Below are positions 1 to 9,414 of a stretch of DNA of 64,000 bases, piece by piece. Each line of letters starts with the position of its first letter. The stretch's first letter is position 1. The position numbers were made by a program, and so were the translations under genes. The notes under the pieces were generated by a model, which did not search any database, was not told where the DNA came from, and saw only the letters and a list, made by a program, of their open reading frames with translations. The stretch is from Myxococcota bacterium (GTDB lineage: Bacteria > Myxococcota_A > UBA796 > CAJQPC01): positions 32,001-96,000 of the forward strand of contig JAZAMN010000062.1 in NCBI GenBank assembly GCA_036229005.1. Reading direction: 5' to 3'.

Positions 1-170
1 AGTACGTGAGCAAGCTCAAGGCCGACGCCGCCATCTCCATCGACGAGGCCGCCCTCCAGGCCGTGGAGATCGACGCCCGCGGCGGTCGCCCCACGCTCCC
101 CGGCTTCACGCCCGCCACCCCGGAGCTCTCCGGAGCCCCCGCGGGTGAGGTGAAGGACCTGCAGGAGTGA
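1..170 (+). CDS. 3' end of a probable PpiC/SurA-family peptidyl-prolyl isomerase (partial)
   Basis: Frame reads YVSKLKADAAISIDE...DLQE*, like PPIase chaperone C-termini. Its TGA overlaps the GTG of the next gene (GTGA 167-170). Confidence 0.5.
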   Translation, partial: YVSKLKADAAISIDEAALQAVEIDARGGRPTLPGFTPATPELSGAPAGEVKDLQE

Positions 171-1147
171 AGCGCGCTCTGCTGGCCCTGGCGCTCCTGG
201 CCCCCGTGGCCCTGACCGCGGCGCAGCCCGCGCAGGCGGAGATCGTGGACCGCGTGGCGGCGGTGGTGAACAAGGAAGTCATCACCCTGTCCGAGATCTA
301 CGACTACGCCGGGGACTTCATCGAGCAGCAGGTGCTGGGGGCGCCCGCGAACGACCCCCGACGCCGGGCCATGGAGCTGGACGTGCTGGACTTCCTGATC
401 CAGCGCCAGCTCATCAACCAGGAGATCCAGCGCCTGGGCATGGACGTCACCCGCGAGGAGCTCGACCGCGCGATGGAGGACACCGCGCGCCAGAATGGGC
501 TCACCCGCGACCAGCTCCGGGTCGAGGTCGAGCGCAGCGGAATGAGCTGGGCGACCTACCGCTCCGAGACCGAAGACGCCCTGCGCCAGATGAAGTTCAA
601 CCAGATCGTCCTGCTGCCCCGGGTGGCGGTCACGGACGACGAGATCCTGGACTTCTACCAGCGCCGCCTCAAGAACTCCGGCGCCACCACGGGCGCCCTG
701 GAGCTGTCCGTCATCTTCCTGCCCCCCGCCGGGGATGAGGCCGCTCAGGAGGCCCTCCTGGAGCGCGCCCAGGGCATCAGCGATGCGGCGCAGGCGGGCG
801 CGGACTGGACCCAGCTCGTCTCGGAGAACCCCGACAGCCTCTACGCCTCCCAGGGGGGCGACATGGGCGCGCTCGCCAAGGACGAGGCCGTTCCCGAGCT
901 TCAGGTGCTCTTCACCCTCCCGATCGGGGCGGTGAGCGCACCCATCGTGCTGTCCAACGGCGCGGTCGCGGTGGTCAAGGTCATGGGAGAGGAGGCCGGA
1001 CAGGCTCCGCCCCTGGAGCTGGTCCGGGAAGACCTCTACAACGAGCTTGCCCAGCGAAAGCTGCAGGAGGAGATGGAGCTCTGGTACGCCCAGGCCCGTC
1101 GCACCGCATCGGTGCGCATCCTCCTGGAGTCCGCGGATGGCTTCTGA
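167..1147 (+). CDS. surA: SurA-family periplasmic chaperone/PPIase
   Basis: Signal peptide, then VDRVAAVVNKEVITLSE (SurA N-domain) and a degenerate parvulin segment (GGDMG). Lies upstream of pdxA, the conserved arrangement. Confidence 0.85.
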   Translation: MKRALLALALLAPVALTAAQPAQAEIVDRVAAVVNKEVITLSEIYDYAGDFIEQQVLGAPANDPRRRAMELDVLDFLIQRQLINQEIQRLGMDVTREELDRAMEDTARQNGLTRDQLRVEVERSGMSWATYRSETEDALRQMKFNQIVLLPRVAVTDDEILDFYQRRLKNSGATTGALELSVIFLPPAGDEAAQEALLERAQGISDAAQAGADWTQLVSENPDSLYASQGGDMGALAKDEAVPELQVLFTLPIGAVSAPIVLSNGAVAVVKVMGEEAGQAPPLELVREDLYNELAQRKLQEEMELWYAQARRTASVRILLESADGF

Positions 1148-2078
1148 GCGGCTGCCGCTGGTCATCACCCCCGGTGACCCCCTGGGCATCGGGCCGGAGA
1201 TCAGCGCCAAGGCCCTGCGCTCCCTGAACCTGGACGTCGTGGTGGCCGGTCACGGTCCCGCGGTGGAGAGGTGGACCGGGAGCTTGCCTCGGGTCGATGG
1301 GATCACCCCCGGAGCTGGGGTGCGTCTGCTGGACACCTCGACACTGGACGGCCCCTGCGAGGTCACCGCGATCCGCTTGGCCGTGGAGGCCTGCCTGGAC
1401 GGGCGCGCGGCCGCTCTGGTCACCGGCCCCATCCACAAGGCCCGGCTGGCGGCCCAAGGCTTCCACCACCCTGGACACACGGACTTCCTGGGGGAGCTCT
1501 GCGGCGTGGACGCGCCGGTGATGGGCTTCGTGGGCGGCAGCCTGCGGGTGGCGCTCGTCACGGTGCACCTGCCCCTCTCACAGGTGGCTCAGGCCGTCAC
1601 CCAGCCCCGGGTGCTCCACACCCTCAAGACCGCCCACGAGGCCCTGCAGCGGGACCTTGGCCTCGCTGAGCCCAGGTTGCTGGTGTGTGGACTCAACCCC
1701 CACGCCGGAGACGGTGGGCTGCTCGGGCGCGAGGAGCTGCAGATCATCCAGCCCGCCATCGCACAGGCCCGGGCGCTGGGCATCCAGGCCATCGGACCGG
1801 TGTCCTCGGAGGCGGCCTTCCGCATCGCCCAGCGGGGAGACGCCGACATGGTGGTGGCGATGTACCACGACCAGGGACTCGCCCCGCTCAAGCTCGTCGA
1901 CTTTGGGCAGAGCGTGAACTGGACCCTGGGGCTGCCCATCATCCGAACCAGCGTGGACCACGGAACGGCCGACGACATCGCGGGCCAGGGCGTCGCGGAT
2001 CCGCGCTCCATGCTCGCCGCCATCACCCTGGCGGAGGAGCTGGCGCGCTCCCGGGGGCTCAGCCAGAGGTCAGCGTGA
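1137..2078 (+). CDS. pdxA: 4-hydroxythreonine-4-phosphate dehydrogenase
   Basis: Motifs ITPGDPLGIGPE, GHTDFL, GLNPHAG, AMYHDQG and IRTSVDHGTA. ATG at 1137 overlaps the surA end. Confidence 0.95.
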   Translation: MASERLPLVITPGDPLGIGPEISAKALRSLNLDVVVAGHGPAVERWTGSLPRVDGITPGAGVRLLDTSTLDGPCEVTAIRLAVEACLDGRAAALVTGPIHKARLAAQGFHHPGHTDFLGELCGVDAPVMGFVGGSLRVALVTVHLPLSQVAQAVTQPRVLHTLKTAHEALQRDLGLAEPRLLVCGLNPHAGDGGLLGREELQIIQPAIAQARALGIQAIGPVSSEAAFRIAQRGDADMVVAMYHDQGLAPLKLVDFGQSVNWTLGLPIIRTSVDHGTADDIAGQGVADPRSMLAAITLAEELARSRGLSQRSA

Positions 2079-2589
2079 GCACGTCGCAGCTATCGGTGTT
2101 CTCGAACACCCGCAGGTTCTGGTTGTCCGTGGAGAACACGGCGCAGTAGCCCAGGCGGCCCTCCGTGTCCCAGATGTTCAGGCGCCAGGCCAGGTCTCCG
2201 GAGGCGAAGTCCGAGCAGCGCAGCAGGGTGCTGCCGCCCAGCACGACGTCGTCTTCGTCAAAGACCACCTCCAGGGAGGTGTCGTAGGCCCAGCCGAGCT
2301 GTTCGCCCACGTAGTCCGGGCCGTTCAGGGGGTGGATCTCGGAGATCTGCTCGTCGATCGTGTCGCCCACGAGCACGGTGTGCAGCTCGGCGTAGTCGGG
2401 GTCGCCGTTGGCGCTGATCTCGTAGGTCCACAGGTCCGGGGACAGGCTGTCGTCGCACTCGATGCGGATGTCCGTAGGCCAGACCGTGTTGACGGCCACG
2501 CCGGTGTCGTCCACGCCGCCTGCGCAGTTTGGGAAGAGCACACCCAGGAGTCCGAAGAGCACGTTCGCCGTCCAGTCAGTCAGGGTCAC
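2059..2589 (-). CDS. Hypothetical exported/lipoprotein, paralog 4 of a tandem family
   Basis: Hydrophobic N-terminus with Cys. Shares the CD..E.H.L..STL..C..C pattern with the three upstream genes. Confidence 0.7.
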   Translation of the reverse strand: MTLTDWTANVLFGLLGVLFPNCAGGVDDTGVAVNTVWPTDIRIECDDSLSPDLWTYEISANGDPDYAELHTVLVGDTIDEQISEIHPLNGPDYVGEQLGWAYDTSLEVVFDEDDVVLGGSTLLRCSDFASGDLAWRLNIWDTEGRLGYCAVFSTDNQNLRVFENTDSCDVLTLTSG

Positions 2590-2640
2590 CTTAGCCGGTA
2601 GGGCCGGGGACCGCCGCTTTGGGGCTCAGGCCCAGATGCG

Positions 2641-2678
2641 ACAAACCCCCGAGCCGCCGAAGCGACCCGGGGGTCTGT
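2641..2678 (-). terminator. Stem-loop with C(UUCG)G tetraloop downstream of 2703-3368; probable terminator or mRNA stabiliser
   Basis: Minus strand reads ACAGACCCCCGGGTCGC-TTCG-GCGGCTCGGGGGTTTGT. The 17-bp stem pairs fully with G-U only on this strand; the U-tail is weak. Confidence 0.7.
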
Positions 2679-2702
2679 TTCAAGGGGCTGCGCCCTGGGA
2701 GA

Positions 2703-3368
2703 TCAATCCCAGAAGGAGCAGTCGGAAGCGACGGAGTCGTAGTAGCCGGAGCCGGCCTGGCCCCACTGGACGCAGGAGTTGCTGGAGCCGTCCTCGGAGG
2801 AGGCGACCAGGTAGAAGTCCAGGGTGGACAGACGGCTGTCGTTGCAGACGAACAGGGTGTTCTCAGCGTCGACGGCGGTGTAGTCGTCGGTGGTGTTCAG
2901 CTCGAGGTAGTAGAAGTCCCACCAGCCCTCAGCGTCGTACACCTGGTAGCTGCCGGTGGCGCTGCCAGCGAGGATCTCGACGGCGGTGTGCTGACCGGAC
3001 TCTTCCCAGCCGTTGGACAGGTCCTGGTAGATGTTGATCTCGACGTCGGAGGCCCAACCCAGGGTGAACACGTCGAACCAGTAGCCGACCTCGTCACAGT
3101 TGACGGAGACGGAGTCGGTGCTTGCGTCCAGAGCGGTGCCGGAGCCGTCGGCCACGATGTCGCCGTCAGCGTTCTCGGTGGGGGCGCTGCAGGCGGCGGT
3201 GTCGATGCCCAGAGCGAAGCTGCCGTCGTAGTCACCGCAACCGGTGGTGCTGCCGCTGTCGTCGGTGTCCTCGCAGCCAGCGGTGTCGCTGCTGTCGCAG
3301 CCGGAATCCTTCACGCAGGCGGTGCCGAACACTGCCAGGGCGCCGATGGCGAAAATGTACTTGTGCAT
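2703..3368 (-). CDS. Acidic Cys-rich lipoprotein, paralog 3
   Basis: Canonical lipoprotein signal MHKYIFAIGALAVFGTAC, upstream GGAG, strong codon bias. Confidence 0.85.
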   Translation of the reverse strand: MHKYIFAIGALAVFGTACVKDSGCDSSDTAGCEDTDDSGSTTGCGDYDGSFALGIDTAACSAPTENADGDIVADGSGTALDASTDSVSVNCDEVGYWFDVFTLGWASDVEINIYQDLSNGWEESGQHTAVEILAGSATGSYQVYDAEGWWDFYYLELNTTDDYTAVDAENTLFVCNDSRLSTLDFYLVASSEDGSSNSCVQWGQAGSGYYDSVASDCSFWD

Positions 3369-3517
3369 GTTGCGTCTCCATGGTTGGGCCGAACAGGACC
3401 CGGGGGCAAGGTAGTCGAGGCAGCCATGGGGTGGCCACTCCGATTCCCGTCCGGGTTATCGCGATGTCAGATCTTCATCAAGGCGGGCTGCACTGCAAAG
3501 CAGGAGGAATGTCAGCT

Positions 3518-3973
3518 TTACTCAAGGGAGGCGCAGTCCGGCATATCGAGCAGATCCGCCCAGCTTGTGGGCTGTCCCCACACCCGGCAGTCGGCCTCCG
3601 AATCCCCCCGCGAGGACTCCACGCCCAGGCGGAACGCCAGGTCCTCGAGCTCGCCGCAGACAAAGACCGTGCTCTCCCCATCCTGCTGGTCTCGGGGGTC
3701 GGCGACCGACTCCAGCTCCAGGGCCAGCTCCTCCCACGCCCCGTCGGGATCGGCCCGCTGGCTGCGCAGGCTGTGGGCTTCCACGCGGCCGGTCTCCGGG
3801 GCCAGCACCCAGAGCGTGGCGCCCGCGGTCCATCCCTGGATCCGGAGGTCGAGGAGGTAGAGGTCCTGTTCCCGATCACAGTCCACCACCACCGACTCGA
3901 TCTGCGTGGACACCTGAGAACCACTGTCCACCGGCGAGGTCCCCTCGGCGCAGGCCAGCAGCCAGATCAGCAC
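3518..3973 (-). CDS. Hypothetical lipoprotein, paralog 2
   Basis: GTG start at 3973 gives MLIWLLAC and overlaps the upstream gene end. Cys pattern matches 2703-3368 (STVFVC...CRVWG vs NTLFVC...CVQWG). Confidence 0.75.
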   Translation of the reverse strand: MLIWLLACAEGTSPVDSGSQVSTQIESVVVDCDREQDLYLLDLRIQGWTAGATLWVLAPETGRVEAHSLRSQRADPDGAWEELALELESVADPRDQQDGESTVFVCGELEDLAFRLGVESSRGDSEADCRVWGQPTSWADLLDMPDCASLE

Positions 3974-4326
3974 GGCTGGGCGTCCTCGTCCCAGCAGTCC
4001 AGCAGGGCGCCCTGGGCGTCGCGGAGCTCGACGCGCCAGCCCGTCAGGGACTCGCAGGGCAGCTCCTCCTCCAGGGAGAAGGAGAGCCTCCAGGCCTGCC
4101 AGGTCCCCGCGCCGTCGCTGTCGATCAGGGTGAGCGGGCGCTCGGTGGGGGCCAGGACCCAGGACGCGGCGCTGGCCTGACCGGCGCTGTCTGCGCTCAG
4201 GCTGACCGCGCCGTCCACGCAGAGCAGCTCCAGGCTGCTCCACGCCGGGGGGCGCGCCTGCAGGCTCGGCGGGCCGGAGTCCGCGGTCTCGGCGCCGCCA
4301 CAGGCCAGGAGCAGCAGCGGGATCAC
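3967..4326 (-). CDS. Small hypothetical lipoprotein, divergent paralog 1
   Basis: MIPLLLLAC N-terminus; GTGA overlap with the hflX stop. Confidence 0.7.
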   Translation of the reverse strand: MIPLLLLACGGAETADSGPPSLQARPPAWSSLELLCVDGAVSLSADSAGQASAASWVLAPTERPLTLIDSDGAGTWQAWRLSFSLEEELPCESLTGWRVELRDAQGALLDCWDEDAQPC

Positions 4327-6074
4327 GGGTGAGGCTCCCCGTCCAGGCGGGCGCGCTCCTTGGCGCGGGCCTTGGCCTTGGCGCGGAAGAGGCTCTGCTC
4401 GATGCGCTCCATGAGCTGGTGCAGGCCCTCGCCGCTGATGGCCGACACAAAGAGCGCGTCCGGGTGGTCCAGGGCCAGCGCGTCGCGCTGCTCAGAGGAG
4501 ATGCTGTCCAGCTTGTTGAACACCAGGAGCTGCGGGGTGCGTTCGCATCCCAGGCGCTCCAGCACGTTCTGCACGGACTGGATGTGGGTGGCGGACTCGC
4601 TGGAGCCGGCGTCGACCACGTGCAGCAGCAGGTCGGCTTCGACGACCTCCTCCAGGGTGGAGCGGAAGGCCTCGACCAGCTCTTTGGGGAGCTCGCGGAT
4701 GAAGCCCACGGTGTCGGTCAAGATGACCTCGCGGTCCCGGGGGAAGCGCAGGCGCCTGGAGGTGGGGTCCAGGGTCGCGAACAGCTTGTCCTCGGCGTCG
4801 ACCTCAGAGCGCGTCATCCGGTTGAGCAGGGTCGATTTGCCCGCGTTGGTGTACCCGACAATGGAGACCAGGGGCAGACCCACCTTCCTCCGCCGGTCCC
4901 GCCGCATGGCGCGCTGCTTGCCGCGCTTCTTGAGCTCTGCGCTCAGGCGGTTCTCGCGCTCGTCGGCGCGACGCCGGTTGATCTCCAGCTTGGTCTCACC
5001 GGGGCCTCGCCCGCCGATGCCACCGGTGAGGCGGGACATGGCGGTGGGCATGACCTTGAGGCGGGGCTTGCGGTAGCGGAGCTGGGCCAGCTCGACCTGG
5101 AGCTTGCCCTCCTTGGTCTGGGCGCGCTGGGCGAAGATGTCCAGGATGAGCTGGGTGCGATCCAGCACCTTGAGCTCGGTCTCCGTGGCCACGTTTCGGA
5201 GCTGGGAGGGGGAGAGCTCGCGGTCGAACACCAGCACCTCGGCGTCCAGGTGCATGGAGCGCAGCAGCGCGTCCTGGAGCTTGCCCTTGCCGATGAGGGT
5301 GCGCTGGTCCGGGCGGTCGCGGAACTGGACGATGCGGTCGGCCACCTGCAGGCCGGAGGTCTGGGCCAGGCGCTCCAGCTCCTCCAGGCGCAGGCGTGCC
5401 TCTTCGGCGTCCTGGCCGCCGACGCCGATGAGGATGGCCTTGACGCCGTCCTGCACCTTCTCGGGGCCGCTGGAGCGGGCGTGGCGGGCCTCCAGATCCT
5501 CGATGAAGGCGCCGTAGTCCTCCTCCCAGTCGTAGACGCCGTCGCGCTGCTCGACGCGCCAGATGTCCTCGTTCCCGTGGACCTCGTGCGGGGGGAGCGC
5601 GTAGGCGTACTCGATGGGCCCGGGCAGGCCCTCGGGGTTGGACTGCATCACGACCACGCAGTCCAGCGAGAGCAGGGAGAGGTCGGTGAAGTTGTCCTTG
5701 GTCAGGCCCTCGCCGCGCAGGTGGGTGACGACCAGCCGCAGGCCACGGAAGCGCCCCGAGCCGGCGCGGGAGCGGCCCAGATCGGGGATGAAGATGGAGT
5801 GGGCGTCGCCGACCAGGACGAACTTGACGTAGCCCAGGCGATCCACGAGCAGGCCCACCTGGCGGCGGGTCTCGCGGGAGATCGAGGCCATCCGGCGCGC
5901 GACGGGGACCGTCAGGAAGCGGCCCTGGGGCACGCGGGACCGGAACAGGGACTTGAGGGCCTTGACCTGCGAGGCCTTGAGCCCTTCGGTGTTTCCGCTG
6001 AGATCGGGGATGGCGTCCTCCAGGACGGGTGGGGTGGGCCGGGGAGCAATGCGCACAATCCCGCCCCTCGTCAA
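4323..6074 (-). CDS. hflX: GTPase HflX, long N-terminal form (start uncertain)
   Basis: Motifs DRTQLILDIFAQRA, GIGGRGPGETKLE, GYTNAGKS, LFATLDPT, DTVGF and NKLD. Confidence 0.95.
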   Translation of the reverse strand: MTRGGIVRIAPRPTPPVLEDAIPDLSGNTEGLKASQVKALKSLFRSRVPQGRFLTVPVARRMASISRETRRQVGLLVDRLGYVKFVLVGDAHSIFIPDLGRSRAGSGRFRGLRLVVTHLRGEGLTKDNFTDLSLLSLDCVVVMQSNPEGLPGPIEYAYALPPHEVHGNEDIWRVEQRDGVYDWEEDYGAFIEDLEARHARSSGPEKVQDGVKAILIGVGGQDAEEARLRLEELERLAQTSGLQVADRIVQFRDRPDQRTLIGKGKLQDALLRSMHLDAEVLVFDRELSPSQLRNVATETELKVLDRTQLILDIFAQRAQTKEGKLQVELAQLRYRKPRLKVMPTAMSRLTGGIGGRGPGETKLEINRRRADERENRLSAELKKRGKQRAMRRDRRRKVGLPLVSIVGYTNAGKSTLLNRMTRSEVDAEDKLFATLDPTSRRLRFPRDREVILTDTVGFIRELPKELVEAFRSTLEEVVEADLLLHVVDAGSSESATHIQSVQNVLERLGCERTPQLLVFNKLDSISSEQRDALALDHPDALFVSAISGEGLHQLMERIEQSLFRAKAKARAKERARLDGEPHP

Positions 6075-6127
6075 GGAGGGATTCGGGCGCTATGGCCTTG
6101 AAGATGTCCTCGTCGATCTATCCCACA

Positions 6128-7105
6128 ATGGCCTCCTTGGAGCTGCGCCGGGTGAGCTTCCTGTCCCACCCGGGCACGGGGGCGCAGGGGATGCTGGTGG
6201 TCGACGACCGCACCCTGGGGCCGCCGGTGATCGCGCTGCGGGTGGGGCTGCACGGCGACGAGCGGCACGCGCTGCAGGAGGCTGGTCGGCTGGCGCGCGC
6301 GATGACGCTGCGGGCTTCGCTGGCGGGGCTGGATCATGGCGGTGCGGCGCTGCTGGTCCAGGACCGCCCCACGATGGACCGCGCCCGGGCCTTTGAGTGG
6401 CTGGGCGGGGAGCTCTCCGATCTCGCGCGGAGCTGGGTCATCGGTGACCGCGGCGCGACCCGCCTGGACATGCGCGCTCTGGAGCAGGGCGGCGCCCGGG
6501 TGGACATGGAGCCCGACCTGCGCCGGGAGAGCATGGCCCGCGGGGTGGTGCGCGGACTCCAGCACCTCGCTCAGCGTCGGGAGCGTCGCCTGGAGGAGTG
6601 CTGCGTGGCGGTTCAGGGGGCGGGCCCCGAAGGGGAGGCTGTGGCCGCGCTGCTCTCGGCCATGGGCTGCGAGCTGGTCATCGCGGACCCGGACGCCCGC
6701 CGCGCGCGCGAGGTCGCGGACCGATTGGGGGCCCAGATGGTGCCTGCCCACGGCATCTGGTCGGCGTCCAAGGAGCTGCTGGCGCCCTGCGCGGCCGGGG
6801 GGCTGATCGGCCCCAAGACGGCGCCCCAGATCGAAGCCTTTGGCATCTGCGGTACCGCGACCCACCAGGTGGTGGATCTGGAGACCGCTCAGGCGCTCCA
6901 GGACCGCGGGATCCTGCATGTTCCGGGGGTGCTCTCGACCGCTGGGAGCTTGCCGGCCCACCCCTCGGAGCGGGCACCCGCTCTCAGCGACGAGACGCTC
7001 CTGTCCACCATCGAGGACATCCTGGACGAGGCGGAGGCCACCGGCAGGCCCCCCAGCCAGCTTGTTGATGAGCGGGCCTGGGAGCGCATTGAGCTCTCTG
7101 GCTGA
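6128..7105 (+). CDS. Glu/Leu/Phe/Val dehydrogenase-like protein, probably degenerate (start uncertain)
   Basis: DDRTLGP, RLARAMT, VAVQGAG and LAPCA resemble LeuDH, but the GGGK motif reads GGAA. Confidence 0.7.
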   Translation: MASLELRRVSFLSHPGTGAQGMLVVDDRTLGPPVIALRVGLHGDERHALQEAGRLARAMTLRASLAGLDHGGAALLVQDRPTMDRARAFEWLGGELSDLARSWVIGDRGATRLDMRALEQGGARVDMEPDLRRESMARGVVRGLQHLAQRRERRLEECCVAVQGAGPEGEAVAALLSAMGCELVIADPDARRAREVADRLGAQMVPAHGIWSASKELLAPCAAGGLIGPKTAPQIEAFGICGTATHQVVDLETAQALQDRGILHVPGVLSTAGSLPAHPSERAPALSDETLLSTIEDILDEAEATGRPPSQLVDERAWERIELSG

Positions 7106-7170
7106 CCTGCCGCAGGCAAGTCGGTGAATCTGTAGGCGGCGGCGGGATTATCTTGGGGGTGGAGGTGTGT

Positions 7171-9393
7171 ATGTGGTGGCTGGGAGCGCTGGCATTCGCC
7201 CAGGAAGCTGCTGTCGAATCCCCGGGGCTGGAGTCCCCTGTGGACCCCTGCGCGGAGGCGGCCTCAGCCTGCGAATCCGAGCGGCAGGCGCTGGAGCAGG
7301 AGCTCGCCGACATGCAGGAGCGCCTGAGCACCCAGGGGGCGGAGGGGCAGGCGCTGCTTGGCGCGGTCGCGCGCGCCCTCGACCCCAGCGTGGGGACCGC
7401 GCAGGCGCTCGATGCTCTGCGTCTTGTCGCGGCTTCCGGGGATCCGGCCGTGCCCTCGGTGCTCCGGGCGGCCGCCTGGTCACGCAGCGCAGCCCTCCGT
7501 GCCGAGGCGCTGGCGCTGGCCTTCGGGGTCTCTCCGGAGCTGGGCTTGGCCCTGTCCCAGGAGGTCGTGCGCAGCGACCGGCTGGCTGGCCCTGAGCGCA
7601 TGCAGGGCCTCGCGGCGCTGGAGCAGGCGGGGCAGCCCGCAGCGGGGCTGGCGCTGATCGCCCTCTCCAGGGAGTCTGAGCTCCCCAGGCCCCTGCGGGC
7701 CGAGGCCGGAGACGCAGCCCTGCGGGCCTACCCGGAGCTGGTCGCCGCCGAAGATGAGGGCGTCGGCAGCAGCGATCCCATCGGGGTCGGGCTGCTCACC
7801 GGCGCCGGAGCGCTCACCGGCGGCGTGATGCTGTCCTCCATCGGGGTGTGGGGACAGTCCGACGCGGCCACGGCGATCGGTGCGATCGGCGGCACCGCGA
7901 TCGGCGGCGCGTCTGCGCTGACCTATGGGCTGACCCAGCCGGTCACGCTGGGGCAGGGGGCGCGGGTGGCCTCCAACGTGAGCTGGGGCGTCACCGGCGC
8001 TGCGCTCACCAACGACTGGCTGATCGACGGCTTCGGTGAGACCCAGGACAACCAGCGCGCGCTGATCCGGGTGGTCGGTGTTGGGGCGGGCGCCGGGCTC
8101 GGTGTCTGGCGCATGCAGCACAACCCCACGGCGGCGGACGCCTTGGAGATGAACGTCGCGGGGCTGGCGGGCATGGGGATCGGCACGTCTGTCTACAGCC
8201 TGGCCATCCACAAGACCGTGATGGACTGCTACAACGCCGAGGTCTGCGACTACGACGCGATGGACGAGCTCAATCGGGGGCACGCTGGCGCGGCCCTTGG
8301 CGGCGCGGCGCTGGCGATCGGCGCCCAGACCCTGATGCGCGACCGCTTTCAGCCCACCCTGACGGACTACGCACTGAGCGCGGTGATCACCGGGCAGGCC
8401 GCCGCCAGCACGGCCATGCTGCACGACAGCGTGGCCTGGAGCGAGGACCGTGGCGGCGAGCGGCCTCGCTTCGGGACGGGGGACCTCGCGCTGCTGGCGG
8501 CCTCGGCGGGCTACGGCGCGACCTGGGTGCTCTCCGACATCTTCGAGCCCACCCCCGAGCAGGTGGCCCTGGGCACCTGGACCGCGCTGCTGGGCGATGG
8601 CCTGGGCGCCGGTGTGCCCCTGCTGCTCAAGGCGGACGGGGCGCAGGTGGAGCAGGGGGCTGCGCTGCTGGGGGCGGCCGGGCTCGCGGCTGGCGTCGGG
8701 CTGCACAACCAGCTTGATCTCTCCCGCGGGGACGTCGCGCTCCAGGCGGTGTTCGTGCCCATCGCGCTGGCCGAGGGCATCGCCCTGGGCAACTACCTGG
8801 ACTACGCCAACGCGGACTGGGACAACGACCAGGCGCCAGGCCTGATGCTGACGGCGGCCTCTGCGGTGGGCATCGCCGGGTTGGCCAGCAGCCCCTTCAT
8901 CGACCCCCAGGCCGACGACATGGCCTTCCTGGGCGCGAGCGCGGTCTGGGGCGCCTGGTACGGCACTCTGCTGCCGGTCTCCTTCTCGCCCGATGGGGAC
9001 GCCCGCGAGCTGCTCCTGACCGGCTCCATTGGAACGGACGTTGGCGTCGCGGCCGGGCTGGGCTTGATCTACGGGGTGGGCCTGGAGCCCCGCCGCACGG
9101 TGCTGCCCCAGCTCATGGGCGTCGCCGGCGCCACGATGGGCTCTCTCGGCGTCGCGCTGGGCACGCAGGATGGCCAAGCCATCGCCGCGGGCTCGGTGAT
9201 CGGCAGCACGGTGGGCCTGGGCGTCGGCTCCCTGATCGAGGTCAACCGGGAGAACAAGCCCCAGCCCGTCAGCCTGATGCTGCATCGGCCGCGCCTGGAC
9301 CTGCCCGGGCACTGGAGCGTCGCCGCGATGCCCACCGCGATGCCCGATGGGGCGCTGGGTGGGTACGTCGGCGTCAGCGCGATGGGGTTCTGA
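7171..9393 (+). CDS. Hypothetical exported protein with HEAT-like N-region and long Gly/Ala-rich hydrophobic repeat region
   Basis: GGAGG at 7161 before the ATG. Short signal, coiled-coil/HEAT-like stretch, then many GxxxG helices; ends in ...VSAMGF. Confidence 0.7.
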   Translation: MWWLGALAFAQEAAVESPGLESPVDPCAEAASACESERQALEQELADMQERLSTQGAEGQALLGAVARALDPSVGTAQALDALRLVAASGDPAVPSVLRAAAWSRSAALRAEALALAFGVSPELGLALSQEVVRSDRLAGPERMQGLAALEQAGQPAAGLALIALSRESELPRPLRAEAGDAALRAYPELVAAEDEGVGSSDPIGVGLLTGAGALTGGVMLSSIGVWGQSDAATAIGAIGGTAIGGASALTYGLTQPVTLGQGARVASNVSWGVTGAALTNDWLIDGFGETQDNQRALIRVVGVGAGAGLGVWRMQHNPTAADALEMNVAGLAGMGIGTSVYSLAIHKTVMDCYNAEVCDYDAMDELNRGHAGAALGGAALAIGAQTLMRDRFQPTLTDYALSAVITGQAAASTAMLHDSVAWSEDRGGERPRFGTGDLALLAASAGYGATWVLSDIFEPTPEQVALGTWTALLGDGLGAGVPLLLKADGAQVEQGAALLGAAGLAAGVGLHNQLDLSRGDVALQAVFVPIALAEGIALGNYLDYANADWDNDQAPGLMLTAASAVGIAGLASSPFIDPQADDMAFLGASAVWGAWYGTLLPVSFSPDGDARELLLTGSIGTDVGVAAGLGLIYGVGLEPRRTVLPQLMGVAGATMGSLGVALGTQDGQAIAAGSVIGSTVGLGVGSLIEVNRENKPQPVSLMLHRPRLDLPGHWSVAAMPTAMPDGALGGYVGVSAMGF

Positions 9394-9414
9394 GCCCGGG
9401 TGACCTCGCTTGGG

